A stretch of DNA of 61,391 nt, the filler included, from Piptocephalis cylindrospora (lineage: Eukaryota), in the NCBI GenBank assembly GCA_003614145.1. It is 5 parts of 5 records of this genome, joined end to end, with 100 filler letters (N's around TTAATTAATTAA, not from the genome) between each part and the next. Parts side by side here need not be neighbours in the genome. Positions count along the whole stretch, not along the records: positions 36,993 to 49,170 come from KZ987979.1; 4 more parts are not named here. The stretch is one strand, 5' to 3'. The position numbers and the translations under genes were made by a program. Shown here in pieces: positions 36,993 to 49,270 of this stretch. Under the pieces are notes generated by a model that saw only the letters and a list, made by a program, of their open reading frames with translations, did no database searches and was not told the origin of the DNA. Positions within the stretch are counted from its first letter, which is position 1, and each line of letters begins with the position of its first letter.

Positions 36993-37478
36993 CTCCTCCG
37001 GCGGGACTAGACGGGTGGTGCGTAGGGCATGGAAAAGGAATTTCTCCACCGTAGGGATGTGATCATCCGGCTTATCCTGTAGAGCTAAACCATGATATGC
37101 CCCGCCCAAATAAGCGATCTTTAGGGCGATATGTCGAACGGCGTACTTGGATGGGTCATACGTTTTATTCCGGCGTTTGGCTTTTTTCGTGGGCGGTCTA
37201 ACCGGGGGGGAGGCAGCGCCAGTGGATGGGGTAAGGGAGGGAGAGGGGGAAGGTGTTGTAGATGAGACTGAGGCTGCAGGGGATGAAGAAATGCTGAGGG
37301 GTTGGGTAGAGGTCTTCTCTAACTGGGCTAGTCGAGCAACCAACTGCTCCCGCGTCCACAAGGCATAGGGGTCCGTCATCTTGTCGCAATTAGACTGGGT
37401 CTGCTTACAGTGCAAGGGGCGTTTGGAGATGAGAGGAGGGAGATGGGTAAGGGCAAGTGGAAGGAGACGTCTGGACAT
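36993..37478 (-). CDS. DEG1: tRNA pseudouridine 38/39 synthase, 5' half (inverted by misassembly)
   Basis: YALWTREQLVARLAQLE, RHIALKIAYLGGAYHGLALQ and PTVEKFLFHAL motifs. Confidence 0.88.
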
Positions 37479-37836
37479 CAAAGTTCCAGAACTCGAGTGT
37501 AATGGAAAATGAAGTCAGTTCCGTCAAGGTAGCCTCACTTTCACACTGGAAGAAAGGCGGGGAGGATCCTGGTAACAGGACAAGTAAGCCATAATAAAAT
37601 TTGAGTGCCTTAACAACACTTGGTTTAAAAAAGAAAAATGCGATATGGGCTTGGATTGGTGGGTGTATTTTTTGTCCACAAAAGCACACATACTGAGCAT
37701 GAAGGGGGGAGGGAGATCACTGATGCGTGCTTGATTGCCTGCCACACAACAATGTCCTATAACAAGAAGGGCATGGTTAATTTTGTATACGAGTATATTA
37801 TTATGTCAAATTTCACACACGCATCCGCGAAAACTA

Positions 37837-38929
37837 GGAGAAATTCCTTTTCCATGCCCTACGCACCACCCGTCTAGTCCCGCCGGAGGAGGGAAGTAAG
37901 TTTAGCTACACCCGATGTGGCCGGACAGACAAGGGGGTGAGTGCGTTAAGTCAGGTGGTAGCCCTGCATGTCCGCTCCAACCAGGACCATCGATCTCCTC
38001 TCGTCCTTCGTAGCCCAGCTTATCCAGAGGAGGATGCGGCGGTAAAGGAGGTACCAGAGATCCCCTATCTCGATCTCCTGAACAAACTTCTTCCCTCGGA
38101 CATCCGGATTCTGGCATGGTCTCCCGTCTCCCCCGACTTTCATGCTCGATTCTCCTGTACGGGTCGTGAGTACCGGTACTACATTCCCCTTCGGGGCCTC
38201 TCCCTCCCTCGGATGCAGGAAGCGGCCCAGATCTTCCAGGGTCAGCACGACTTTCGGAACTTCTGCAAGATTGATCCCACCAAGAATGTCAAGACCCATG
38301 AAAGGACCATCCTGACCTCTGAAGTCACTGAGGCTGTTCCCGGGGCCGAAAAGGAGGGGGAGGAGGGCTGGGCGATGTACCGAGTGGTGGGGAGTGCCTT
38401 CCTCTGGCATCAGGTCAGATGCATGACTGCCATGGTCCTGTTGGTGGGAGGAGGTCACGAACACGTCTCGGCCATTCGTAATCTTCTTGACACCAACGAG
38501 TTCCCCTCTAGACCAGCGTACGACCTAGCCAGTGAGATTCCCCTCGTTCTTCACGACTGCATTTACCCAGCTGGGCTTTTGACCTGGCGATCTGATGTTC
38601 AGACCCGCGGATCTCTCGAGCGTACGTGGAGGGCCATGCGCGCTGCTGCGGAAAGGCGATTCACGGAGCACTTGATCCTCCAATCACTCCACCAAGACAT
38701 CCATCGTTCCCTCCTGGAGGAGCGAATCGAGGCGGGTGAGTCCCCGACGGCCATAGTGGATGAGGAAGAGGGCTGGCAGGAGGTGTGTATGGGTGGGGGG
38801 GACTTTACCCGCAGCCGCTCCTACCTTCCGGTTCTTCGACGGAAACGATGTCTGGGTGTGGAGGAGCACGAGGCACTACGACAAAAGCGAGTGCAGAGTA
38901 AAAAGGCTAAGCGAGAGGCCGATCCTTAA
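37837..38929 (+). CDS. DEG1: tRNA pseudouridine 38/39 synthase, 3' half
   Basis: YTRCGRTDKGVSALSQV, FHARFSC..R.Y.Y, HDFRNFCKID and GSAFLWHQVRCM motifs. Joins the 5' half in frame through the 55-bp overlap. Confidence 0.92.
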
Positions 38930-39221
38930 TGACTACTATTATTACTATTGGCATTATGATTAATGAATTGGTCTAGTGATTGACAACAACGATGGATATG
39001 ACATCCATGTACGTGCGGAGGATGTGAATAGAGTCATTCACACACATCTCCCTCTTAAGTCATCACATCGAAGAAATGGTGCATTGAGTAGGACATATAT
39101 GTGTGAGAAACCCCTCTCTCGCTCTCTCATCTCCTTCCCTTCCTTCAAACCCAGCATCTCTCATTCCAGACCCATCATTTCATTCCATATCCATGAATGA
39201 AGGAAGAGGAAGATCTCCGGC

Positions 39222-40269
39222 TTAGTTCTTGGATGCCTTGGGAGGGGGTCGGTAGACACCGACAACCAGGGCATGATCACGCTCGAAGGGCTCGAGGGTC
39301 AGCTGTTCCTGGGGCTTAATCTTCTCCTCCTGAAGCTTCTTGACCTCACGGGCAAAGACCTTAGCAGGATCGACGGTAGAGTCAATGCAAGAGGCCTTGA
39401 TGGAGATGAGAATGTGACCGGTATTCTTGAGGAAATGATGGGCGTTGATACCGACAATACGGGCCTGATCGGGCTGGGCCACATCGGCAAAGATGACATC
39501 GACCATACCCACGAGCATACGGTACTTGTGGGGATGACGGGCATCCTCAACAATGGGGATGACGTTGGTGCGCTTCTTGGCCATGTTGATCAGATCACGA
39601 CCGGAGCGGTGGGAGAACTCAACGGCGTACACACAGCCCTCAGGACCGACAATGTCGGCCACATGAGACACGGTGGTACCGGAGGCACCTCCGAGATACA
39701 GGACCTTCTTGCCAGGGGCAATGTGGATGTTGTCTACTCCTCCAAGGATACCAGCGGCAATCTTGGAGCGGAAAGGATTCCACACACGGTACTCAATCTT
39801 GTTGCCATCGGCTCCCTCGACCGAGATACGCTTCTCACCGTACACAGCCTCACCGGGCACGAGGTTCTTGGTGACCAGGAGATCCTCCTTACCACGGGCA
39901 ACAAAGACACCTAGAGCGGGAAAGAAGAGGAGAGGTATGAGAAAAAAGAAAAAAGAAACAACATTCCTGCGTACACAACTTACCAGCATGACGATGGGGC
40001 TCGACAATGACCTTGGCGCCACCGGCGGCACCACCACGACCGCCTCCACGGCCACCTCCACGGCCACCACGTCCGCCGCGCTTATCGACGCCACCACCGC
40101 GGCCTCCGCCAAAGCCTCCGCGGCCGCCACCACGGCCTCCGCCAAAGCCTCCACGACCGCCACCACGACCTCCGCCAAAGCCTCCACGTCCACCACGTCC
40201 ACCACGGTCTCCTCCAAAGCCACCACGTCCACCACGTCCACCGCCACGACCACCACGTTCAAAACCCAT
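39222..40269 (-). CDS. NOP1: fibrillarin (intron 39911-39983)
   Basis: RGG/GAR N-terminal domain; [29 protein letters not shown] and [10 protein letters not shown] motifs. Confidence 0.97.
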
Positions 40270-41231
40270 GTTGCTAGAGAGAGGGAAGGGAGGGAAAAGG
40301 GGGAGAGTGCTCTTGAGGGGGGGATTCTCGTTGCTACAGGACAAGAGAAGAGGGGCAAGAAAGGGGTTTGGAAGGAAGGAAGCAAAGGAGGGGGATAGGC
40401 GCTGGCGGGGGGAGCGGATGAGAGGAGTAGAGGGTAAATGGACTTTTTTCTTTTCGAGCCAGCAAATCGCTGGGCAGCTGAGCAGAGTGTGTGTGTGTCC
40501 CTATTCTTTTGAGTGTATTGAGCAGGAACCTAGGCCGTAGTGGGACCGCTTGAGCACTCCTATGCTGGTGGGGTTTGTCAAAGTGTGAAGCTGCAGCAGA
40601 GGTACCGCAGAGAAGCAGGGTAAAAAAAAGGAAAAAAAATGGGGGACTTGCTCTCTTCACTGTGAGAGGGACACACTTGTCTGACTGTGCTGGGAGCTGT
40701 GCATATATATATGTGTGTGTGGCAAGGATCACCCTCCCACCAATCATCCTATCTGCACCACTACTGTCCTTGGGCGTGCGCCACTCACACTGGCCTATTC
40801 AGTCCATCCTGATGAAAAGACAAGCTAATTTGGTCGGATTTAACCCTTTTTTGGCGGAGTAAACACCGCAATCATGATGCACCTTCTAGTGTTTATTTCC
40901 CCAATACATTTCGCTGTTACTACCACCTTCTGGTGTTTGCTAAACCTTGATGAAAAAGGCAAAAGAGACGATGAAGAAGGGGAGTAAACTAAAGGTAAAG
41001 GAGCAACTTCACATATATGGCCATGTAGCACTTATTATGTCAGTATAGCTGCTGCACGGGTCATCTATGGATAATGCTCTCTTGCTTCATTGATCCACAG
41101 AATGAAATTCTCTCAGTTTACAAAGAAATCCTCATCTCCTTGCCAAGAAGCTGGAAATAATATGGAAATAAGCATGTTTGCATCTACGACGCATCAAAAC
41201 GCTGCCCTTGCCCGCCACCTGTCCACCGCCA

Positions 41232-42236
41232 TCACAACACCCCACTCCAGGTGCGTTTCCGGTAGAGAAGATAATCATTCCCAAAAAAGCGAATGAGATG
41301 TCGTTCCTCCTCGCGTACCCGACGATGAAAAAAGTACAGGACCACCATGGTGTGAATCACCTCACACACCGGGTTGGTCAGGAGAAGCTGAGTTCCTACG
41401 GACCACATGAGGAACCCAGTATAGGAAGGATGGCGAAGTAGATGGTATGGGCCTTGCGTGACCAACCGATGCCCAGGTACCCGAGAGGTTTGGACATAAT
41501 GATCAAAATTACTTCCTGCCACTGCCATGCTCCAGGACCGGAGGAGTTGTCCGGACAGGGTCAGGACCAGACCAAGTACCGGCGCCCATCCCAGTCCATC
41601 CTTGGACACCCATCCATCGGTCCGCCCAGAGAAAAACCACCATTCCACCCAGAATTCCAAGATTGTGGTAGCATGGGCCACGGTATACTCAGTGGAGTGG
41701 TTGATGAGGAAAGAATCAATCGTCAGCTTCCGACCGTTGTACAAAGCGGTGACCCAGAACTCGAGGAAGTGAAAGGAGGCCAAGGCTAGGAGATACCAGC
41801 CAAAGGTCCATGCCCCAGTCCAGACCACCGCCGCCACTCCCACCCCGCCAACAAGGCCAAGAAGAAAGGCATGCATCGCTATAGCCTGGGGAGAATTAGC
41901 CCCATCAAACAAGGGAGCTGCTGCATGTCTAAGGCCAGTCCATCCCCCAACGGAACCGGAGAGCTGAGCGCCATGCCGGGTCGATTCTAGCTCATCTGCA
42001 TCCTCCCGCCGCAGACTGGTTATATGCATCCTAGATCGATAATGACTCGATTGCGTACTTCCTGCCCTACTATAATTAGAGGAAGAGGCAGAGGAAGAGG
42101 AAGCTGAACTGAACGAGGATGGGGATGGGGAAGAGGATCGTTTGGGATATAACTCCGAGGACCTGGGAAACGGCTGACTAGGATCCCTGCTCATCGGCTG
42201 AGAGGGATCCCTAGGTAGGGTAGGACTATGAAGCAT
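41232..42236 (-). CDS. STE14: isoprenylcysteine carboxyl methyltransferase with Ser-rich N-terminal extension
   Basis: FHFLEFWVTA, DSFLINHS.EY..AH, LVTQGPY..LRHPSYTGF and RVREEERHLI.FFG..Y motifs. Confidence 0.93.
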   Translation of the reverse strand: MLHSPTLPRDPSQPMSRDPSQPFPRSSELYPKRSSSPSPSSFSSASSSSASSSNYSRAGSTQSSHYRSRMHITSLRREDADELESTRHGAQLSGSVGGWTGLRHAAAPLFDGANSPQAIAMHAFLLGLVGGVGVAAVVWTGAWTFGWYLLALASFHFLEFWVTALYNGRKLTIDSFLINHSTEYTVAHATTILEFWVEWWFFSGRTDGWVSKDGLGWAPVLGLVLTLSGQLLRSWSMAVAGSNFDHYVQTSRVPGHRLVTQGPYHLLRHPSYTGFLMWSVGTQLLLTNPVCEVIHTMVVLYFFHRRVREEERHLIRFFGNDYLLYRKRTWSGVL

Positions 42237-42964
42237 CGTACCGGGGGAATGAAAGAGGAGGGGGGAGGAGGACAAGTCGACTAAAAAAGGGAAAAAGGAA
42301 TAGAGTAGGATGTATCAGGAGAATGGAGGGGAGGATAATGGTGGAGGAGACAAGAAGGATCTAGCCCACCACTGGTAGGAGAGGAAGTTAAAGGCACAGA
42401 GGAGTTATTCCATCTCCAGGATCGTCCTCTTCCCCTTAAAACCAAGCCATCTCTCCCCCATTCACCATAGTCCCCCCGTCCTGCCCACACTACAGCCCTC
42501 AGTGTCATGCTGTCCATCCTCCCCTCCCTTATGCCGACAGTTGATCCGCTCTCCCACCTTTAAGCTTCATTGCACTTGATTCCCTTCCCTCCGCCTGATG
42601 CCGCCTTACACTGACCTCCTCATGGTGTTTGAGGGGCAATTATGTTTCGTGGCAGCATTGCAAGCACGACAAGCGTATGAATTTGTCCATGTGCATTATA
42701 AATATTCTACTGGATAAATTTGAGCTAAATTTAACAAAGAGCTGGCGAATTTTTCTAGGCAACAGCCTCTGTCTGGTATAAAGACACTAAAACTTGAAGT
42801 TTCCCTTTACTGTATAAAGACGGCTACTCTGAGGAGACCAGAGGAGGGTTCAAGTAGGCAAGGGCCAAGGGAATGTCCAAGGACTTTTTCTTTTTGTTTG
42901 CTCGTCTTCTTCCTCCCTCCTTCTCTTTCTTCAAACCATCCTTCATTTCCTCAACTCCCTTACC

Positions 42965-43411
42965 ATGGCTCAAGGTCAGGTAAACAAGTCCAAGAAGAAG
43001 GCGGCTCCTTCCTCCAAGAAGCAAGCACTTTCCCGTGGAGGTGCGTAGATGATTCCCTCTCTTGACGTCGTCCACCCCACTCATACTTACTAATCATCCT
43101 CATACCATCCCCTCTTCCCTCAAATAGCCAAGCATATCGCCCCAAAAAAGACTGCCTTGGTCAAGCAGGAAAAGATGCGCAAGGTAAGCCCCCTTAGCCC
43201 TGCCCCCACCACTGGCAGCCCATTATACTTGGAAGACTCATCCCGCATTCCAATTATCCTCCAGAGAATGACGGCTCAGATCAACAAGAATGTTGAGCAA
43301 CAAATGGCTACCAAGGCTGGGGCCGTGGGTAAACTTACCATTATGAAATCCTTTGCCTTACCTGATGGCAAAGTCGGTCGAGGGAAGCGTAGCTCGAATA
43401 AGAAGAAATGA
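42965..43411 (+). CDS. UPF0390/DUF2462 small basic protein (3 exons)
   Basis: MAQG...IAPKK..LVKQ.KM.K...A.INKNVEQQMA.KAG...KLTI after removing introns at ~43040-43126 and ~43184-43264. Confidence 0.8.
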
Positions 43412-43759
43412 ATAAATCCATGACCCTGTCTTTTTTCCTTTTTCTGTACCCAATGTCATTATCTTGAGAAGGCAGATAGAACAAGTTGATTTGGCATTAA
43501 ATTTGGTTACTAATTAGATATCTACCTCTAAAGGAGAATAATCTATTGAGATGATAAAGTCATAATCACAAGCTATCTCTCCATTCCAAACTAAATAGAT
43601 CAAATACGTCCATCACATAAGGAATGAGAAAAGGGGTATTTAGCCCATTGCTATTATTATAGAACAAAAGGGATATCATTCTCTAGGCCTTTCTTAATAT
43701 TTACTTGAGTCCATTAGACAATGTTGCTTCTTAAGCAAAATTATACTAGCACATTCCTG

Positions 43760-43830
43760 TGCGTTAGCCGGGAATCGAACCCGGGCCTCTTGCTTGGAAG
43801 GCAAGAATTCTACCATTGAACTACCAACGC
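43760..43830 (-). tRNA. nuclear tRNA-Gly(TCC)
   Basis: GCGTTGGTAGTTCAATGGTAGAA...CT-TCC-AA...GGTTCGATTCCCGGCTAACGCA. Confidence 0.95.
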
Positions 43831-43995
43831 ATAATGGTTTCAGGCTTACTAGTTTTATTAATAGTAATAGATTTCTTTATTCTCGTTCTACCGTGTTGCC
43901 AACCATTAGTATGCCTTACCATGCAGTGCTTGATATCATTCATTCCGATTTCCCTTCCTCCTTTCTTTCTCATTCTATCCCCTCCTAAAAGCCTC

Positions 43996-45194
43996 ATGAA
44001 GTTAGTAAAAAAGCAGCTGGAAAAGGATTCCTCGGGCTTTATCGTTCTTGTCCCCGAGGAAACCGAGGATATGTGGCACGTCTACAATCTCATTCAACCC
44101 GGGGATCATTTAAAGGGTTCAACTATTCGGTAAGTGGATTTTACATCTCATTTCTCACCCTCACTCTCATTCTTACTTTCGGCCTCCTTTTTACTAGACG
44201 TGTTCAGAGCGAAAGCGCGACGGGCTCCACCTCCTCCCAGAGAATTCATACTACCCTGACCGTGTCGGTGTTGGCCGTGGACTTTGACACAGCGGGGGGG
44301 ATCCTACGGATCAGCGGAAAGAACATGGCCGAAAATCCATACGTCAAGCTGGGGGCTCATCATACTATGGAGCTGGAGAGGGGCCGGTCCTTTACCCTGA
44401 CCAAGGCTTCCTGGGATACCATTGCTTTAGAGCGTGTTGATGAGGCTTGTGACGTGCGAAAGGCCGCTGATGTCGCTGCTATCGTGCTGCACGAAGGCCT
44501 GGCCAACGTCTGTCTCTTGACCCCAAGCATGACCGTCGTGCGACAACGGATCGAAGTGAACATTCCTCGGAAGCGAAGGGGTGGGGAAAGTCAACAGGAA
44601 AGTGTCATGCGCAAGTTCTATGACCAGTGCACCCAGGCTCTTCTGCGCCATGTTGACCTCTCCACCACCAAGGTCATCCTCTTGGCCTCCCCAGGTTTTC
44701 TTCGGGAGCATCTTTTAGCTCATATCATGGCCGAGGCCGTTCGCACGAACAACCGCACCCTTCTTGACGCAAAATCCAAGTTCCTCCTCGTCCCATGCGC
44801 CTCAGGCCACAAACATGCCCTGGAGCAGGTGCTTCAGGATCCGACTGTGGCCTCCCAGCTAGCGGATACCAAGGCTGCGCGCGAACAGCAGATTCTCGAT
44901 CGCTTCTACCACGAGATGAACGTCGACCCAGATAAAGCTCCTTATGGTTGGGAGCATGTTCAAAAGGCCCATGAGATGGGTGCTATCTCCATCCTCTTAG
45001 TCGCCGACTCCCTCTTCCGCTCCCTCAACATCGGGACTCGCAAGCAATATGTCCAGCTAGTCGAGGAGGTTCGGGCTGCGGGTGCTCAGGTTGCCATCTT
45101 CTCCACTCAGCACATCACCGGGGAGCAATTGAGTCAGATGACTGGCATTGCTGCCATCACCCACTTTCCCGTCCCGAATGAAGAGGAAACGTAG
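43996..45194 (+). CDS. DOM34: pelota/Dom34 ribosome rescue factor (intron ~44130-44198)
   Basis: MKLVKKQLEKDSSG...PEETEDMWHVYNLI, LGAHHTMELE, ASPGF and GEQLSQMTGIAAI motifs. Confidence 0.96.
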
Positions 45195-45722
45195 CGTATA
45201 ACCATAACCGTATAGGCAATGTATAATTTATTTATCTGCTCGTCTCTATTGATCCTGCCTTCTTATCTAAGTACCTTTCTTCGTGCGTCGCAAGGCAACG
45301 TTTTGGTTAGCATAAAATGATGGTCAGCGTAAAATGTTGCGGGAGGTCAATAGTGGTTCATGCCCAACGCGTCCCTCATTTCCACTGCACGTAGTAAATC
45401 TACACTATAAATAATGACAATGCGGCTACCGAGGATTATCCTCATCCTCATCCTCACCTTTAAACTTCCTCTCTTTCTCTCGCCTTTTCATGTTCCCAAA
45501 CAAAGCAAGATGTGATGAAGAAAAGGGAAAACGCCATATGTATCCCATACCCAACTCACTCCCATAACACGGCCCCCTCCTCCCCTAGCGCACCTCCTTT
45601 CCTTGTCCAGGCCTAGCAGATAAATGGAACAGTCCACCATCATATACCATCCTCCACCAGATGATCGTACAACCTAGTAGCATCTCCCTTCCACATCAAC
45701 ACACTTCCATGGGCTAGCCTAC

Positions 45723-47549
45723 TTAGGCCTGCTTGATCCTCTGCCGGGGACCACGAGCCACCGTCAGGACCACAGCGGCCCACAGTACACACATGAACCG
45801 AACCCAGCGGTAGATCATGCGGAACACCCCGCGGACCAAGCCAAAGAACGATCGATCTTCCTCCATCGCAATAAACACGTCTCCGGCCGTCCCAGCCGAG
45901 GCACTAACCGCTCCCGCACCAGCCATCCCACTGCTCACCATTCCACCCACGGCTCCCACTAGCTCATCCAGCACGGATCCTCCGATCGAGCCCTCTCCTC
46001 CAGAGTCCCTGGTACCAGTCGCCGAGGCTCCCCCAAGAACACCCATACTATGTTTGAACAGGTTATCCACCCCAACGGAGGAATCATTGAGCTGGTTGGC
46101 GTTGAAGAGTACCATCTCCAACTCATCCATCAGTGTCATGCCTCGCTCATACTCATCCTGGATCTTTCGTTCCTGCTGCACGAGGCCCTCGGCACTCATG
46201 TCAGGGCTCCGATCTGTATCCTCTTCCTTTCCGGTCAAATCATCCCCAAGGCGTTCACCTCCGACAAGGACCATGGGTCCTCCCGCCCCCGGAGCCCCGC
46301 CCTCCCCACACGCCCACCTCCTTTGCTCCTCTAGAGCTCGCTCCAACATCTCCACCCGGACACCTTGCTGTCCGTATGCCACTTCCATGTGCTCCAAGGC
46401 GCGGACCTTGGACTCCAAGTCGGCGCACCGTAGCTTGCTAGCTCGAAGCTCGGACTGCGTGTGGGAGAGCCGGTCATTGACAATGCGCTTCGTGGCAACC
46501 AGAGCTGTGTGGGCCGATTCAAGATCAGCGCATTTGCGACGCAACACCATATACCGACCTTCGTCCCCATCAGCCCCCTCCTCCCCATCTCCATGGCCCT
46601 CGCCATCTCCTGGCTTGGAGGCCCCGGTTGTGTCGTAGCTTCCAGAGAAAGATCTCTGGGAAGCCCGAGACCGGATACGACCCAGGCCCAGGCTGCTGGT
46701 CCCAGGAGTGCCTGGGGGGGAACGTAGGGATCGAACTTCACCCTCGAGTTCAGTACACCGATCGGTAGCCCGGTCCAGCTCACGACGAGTGGATGATAGA
46801 TCGGCCTCCAACTTACGGATCCGACGACCCATGACTTTGTGCGTGTGCTCTAGATCCCCTTGGGCCGCCTCCAGTTGCACTTGCAGCTCTGAATTTCTCT
46901 CTTCCAGCATCCTTACCATCTCTGACTCATACCGAGCTGCTGATGCGGGGGATCCCATCCTCCCAGGACGCTTGGGCGACCGAAGAGAGAGGGCAGAGCC
47001 AGTGGGAAACCCGAGGGGGGAGGCCGTGGAGGGCGGAAGATGGGAAATCCCATCCTCGTCCTCACTCCCACGGGACTCTGCGTGGGAGAGGTCATCGTCT
47101 CCCTCCCCCTCGCCCTCCCCCTCCTCGTCCGTGGTAAGAGCATGGCCAGAGTAGGGAACAGGTGTGCATGTTCCGCTTCCGGGGGCAGAGGCGGCCACGC
47201 TGTTTCGGGAGGCATGATCAAGCCGAACGGTAAAGGAAGACCGGGAGGATCGACGGGACTGTCGGAGCAAGGTGTCATACTTGCGCTTCAGCTGCTCATT
47301 GGCTGTCACTAAGTTTCGCCCAATCTCTGCGGCCATTGTCAAGTCCTTCTCCTTCTCCCGGACCGACTGAAAAGCCTGACGTAGCATCTCCCTAAGCTCA
47401 TCCTCCCCTTTGTCATCCAGGGAGGGGATGGGCTTGCCGCCCATCGTGGGCTCTGGATGATCCGTCAGGGTAATAGCAGGGATGTCAAAATCGGGAGGAG
47501 GGGGCTGAGAGGACCCCTGCATATTTGGACTCGAGGAATTGATGGTCAT
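45723..47549 (-). CDS. coiled-coil protein with HAP1/BICD-type CC1 box and C-terminal membrane anchor
   Basis: EKEKDLTMAAEIGRNLVTANEQL, long heptad stretches, and C-terminal RWVRFMCVLWAAVVLTVARGP plus a short basic tail. Confidence 0.7.
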   Translation of the reverse strand: MTINSSSPNMQGSSQPPPPDFDIPAITLTDHPEPTMGGKPIPSLDDKGEDELREMLRQAFQSVREKEKDLTMAAEIGRNLVTANEQLKRKYDTLLRQSRRSSRSSFTVRLDHASRNSVAASAPGSGTCTPVPYSGHALTTDEEGEGEGEGDDDLSHAESRGSEDEDGISHLPPSTASPLGFPTGSALSLRSPKRPGRMGSPASAARYESEMVRMLEERNSELQVQLEAAQGDLEHTHKVMGRRIRKLEADLSSTRRELDRATDRCTELEGEVRSLRSPPGTPGTSSLGLGRIRSRASQRSFSGSYDTTGASKPGDGEGHGDGEEGADGDEGRYMVLRRKCADLESAHTALVATKRIVNDRLSHTQSELRASKLRCADLESKVRALEHMEVAYGQQGVRVEMLERALEEQRRWACGEGGAPGAGGPMVLVGGERLGDDLTGKEEDTDRSPDMSAEGLVQQERKIQDEYERGMTLMDELEMVLFNANQLNDSSVGVDNLFKHSMGVLGGASATGTRDSGGEGSIGGSVLDELVGAVGGMVSSGMAGAGAVSASAGTAGDVFIAMEEDRSFFGLVRGVFRMIYRWVRFMCVLWAAVVLTVARGPRQRIKQA

Positions 47550-49170
47550 TGGATAAGGAAAGAGGGATACAAGATAAAGGTGAAGGAAAGGAAGGGTGAG
47601 ACCCGCACAAGTAAAGGTAGGGGGGAGGGAGCAACAGCAAAAGGACAAAAAAGTGAGGAACCGAGATGAGAGAGGAGATAGCAAGGGATCAGGGCGTTGC
47701 AAGAAGTAGGGAGAAGGGGAGGAAGAAGGAAGGATGGGGACCGGCGGAGGGAGGAAGGATGGGGTGTTGGGGCGGGGTGTGAAAAAGGGGATGGCGGTTG
47801 AGCGCTATAGTGCCGCTGCTCTTCATTATATCTGGGATGACTGGGGAGAGCGGAGTAGGAGCAGTCGAAGCTGCTGCCACGGTGGCTCAACGAGGAAAGA
47901 GAGCATGTGGTGTCTAGGAGGGCATGGGACGATGCGGCAGTGACCTTTCCCCTTCTCCCTCTTCTTCACACAATCGAAGAAGATGAAGGAGGATGGGGAG
48001 GATGACTTGCTCTGCTCCCGCCCCACATGGGATCTCTCGCCTCCCATCCTCCTCCTTCCTATCTTGTTTCAATGGATTTAAGGAGGAACGGAAACACGCG
48101 AGGATCCATCAGGGAACGAAGAGAGAGGATGCGGGAAGAAATGACGGCATGTACGGAGATGAGGCAGGGCATGGGAGAGGCAGGGCATCCACTTTGCAGC
48201 GTGTGTCTCCCTCGGCCTCTTACCCACATCGTCATTTATCTCTTTATGGCCAGGCTGTGTCTCTATGGGTAGATTCATGGATGAGGGAGGCACTAAAGGA
48301 TCATCGGTCCCCCCCTTCCCCGAAGGTCATCTCCATTGGATGAGAAATATTTGAAGATGTGTCATGCTGGGAATGGCACGTGCGCCCATCTCATAGTCCC
48401 TTCTTACCTTGCTCTCTATCCTGTATTGGCCTAAGACTTCATTTATCTCCTGGATACGGGGACCTTTTTACTCTAAAAGGCATTGCTTGGATGAGGAGCT
48501 GAATCCCTTGTGTCAAGGGATACCCTGACACTCCCATTCTCAACTCATGGTCCAAGATGTAATATCTTTTTTCCCTAATATGGCCTTTCCCATTTTCTTG
48601 CCTCAAACCTATAGACGGATGTATCCTTACTAGTTTGGGTAGGTTTGATCGGCTAATAAATGTCTCTCCATCCTGATAATGAACGATATGAAGGATGGGA
48701 AAGGGGAGAAAGCATATGTTTCTGGGGGAAGGGAGGAGAAGAAAGGCACATTGTAGGGGAAGGGTTTATCGCTATGGAATGGAGTAGAAGGGGGCGGAGC
48801 ATGGGGTAATATAATCGGGGTGCGGATGGACATAATATCTATCATAAAGGGCTCATCATCACCTTACAAGGGGAAGACAAAGAGAGGGGGTGGATGGATC
48901 AGGCGGAGCAGTAAGTATTCCGTCATCTTCCATGCTATAGGAGATATAATGAAATTCCCCCCTTTTACACTCTATATCGTGAAGGAGTAGATAAACGAAG
49001 GGGGAGAGAATAGTCCAATCATCATGCCAATGATATATCCTGGCAAGTGAAGGGGTCTCCAACCCATGGGTAAAAAGGAAATGTCACTCAGCCTATTCCG
49101 CCGGACAGACATCCGTCCCTCGGGATAGCCTTAAAGTCCAGGGCGAAAAAAGGGGGCGAGGGAGGGGGGG

Positions 49171-49270
49171 NNNNNNNNNNNNNNNNNNNNNNNNNNNNNN
49201 NNNNNNNNNNNNNNTTAATTAATTAANNNNNNNNNNNNNNNNNNNNNNNNNNNNNNNNNNNNNNNNNNNN
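49171..49270. other. artificial contig linker
   Basis: N run + TTAATTAATTAA + N run. Confidence 0.98.

Noticed and set aside
39273..40540. Long antisense and alternate-frame ORFs over NOP1 (Pro/Arg-rich, Thr/Ala-rich)
   Set aside because: Shadows of the GAR repeat and biased codon usage. The same applies to antisense ORFs over MCM3 and 45723-47549.
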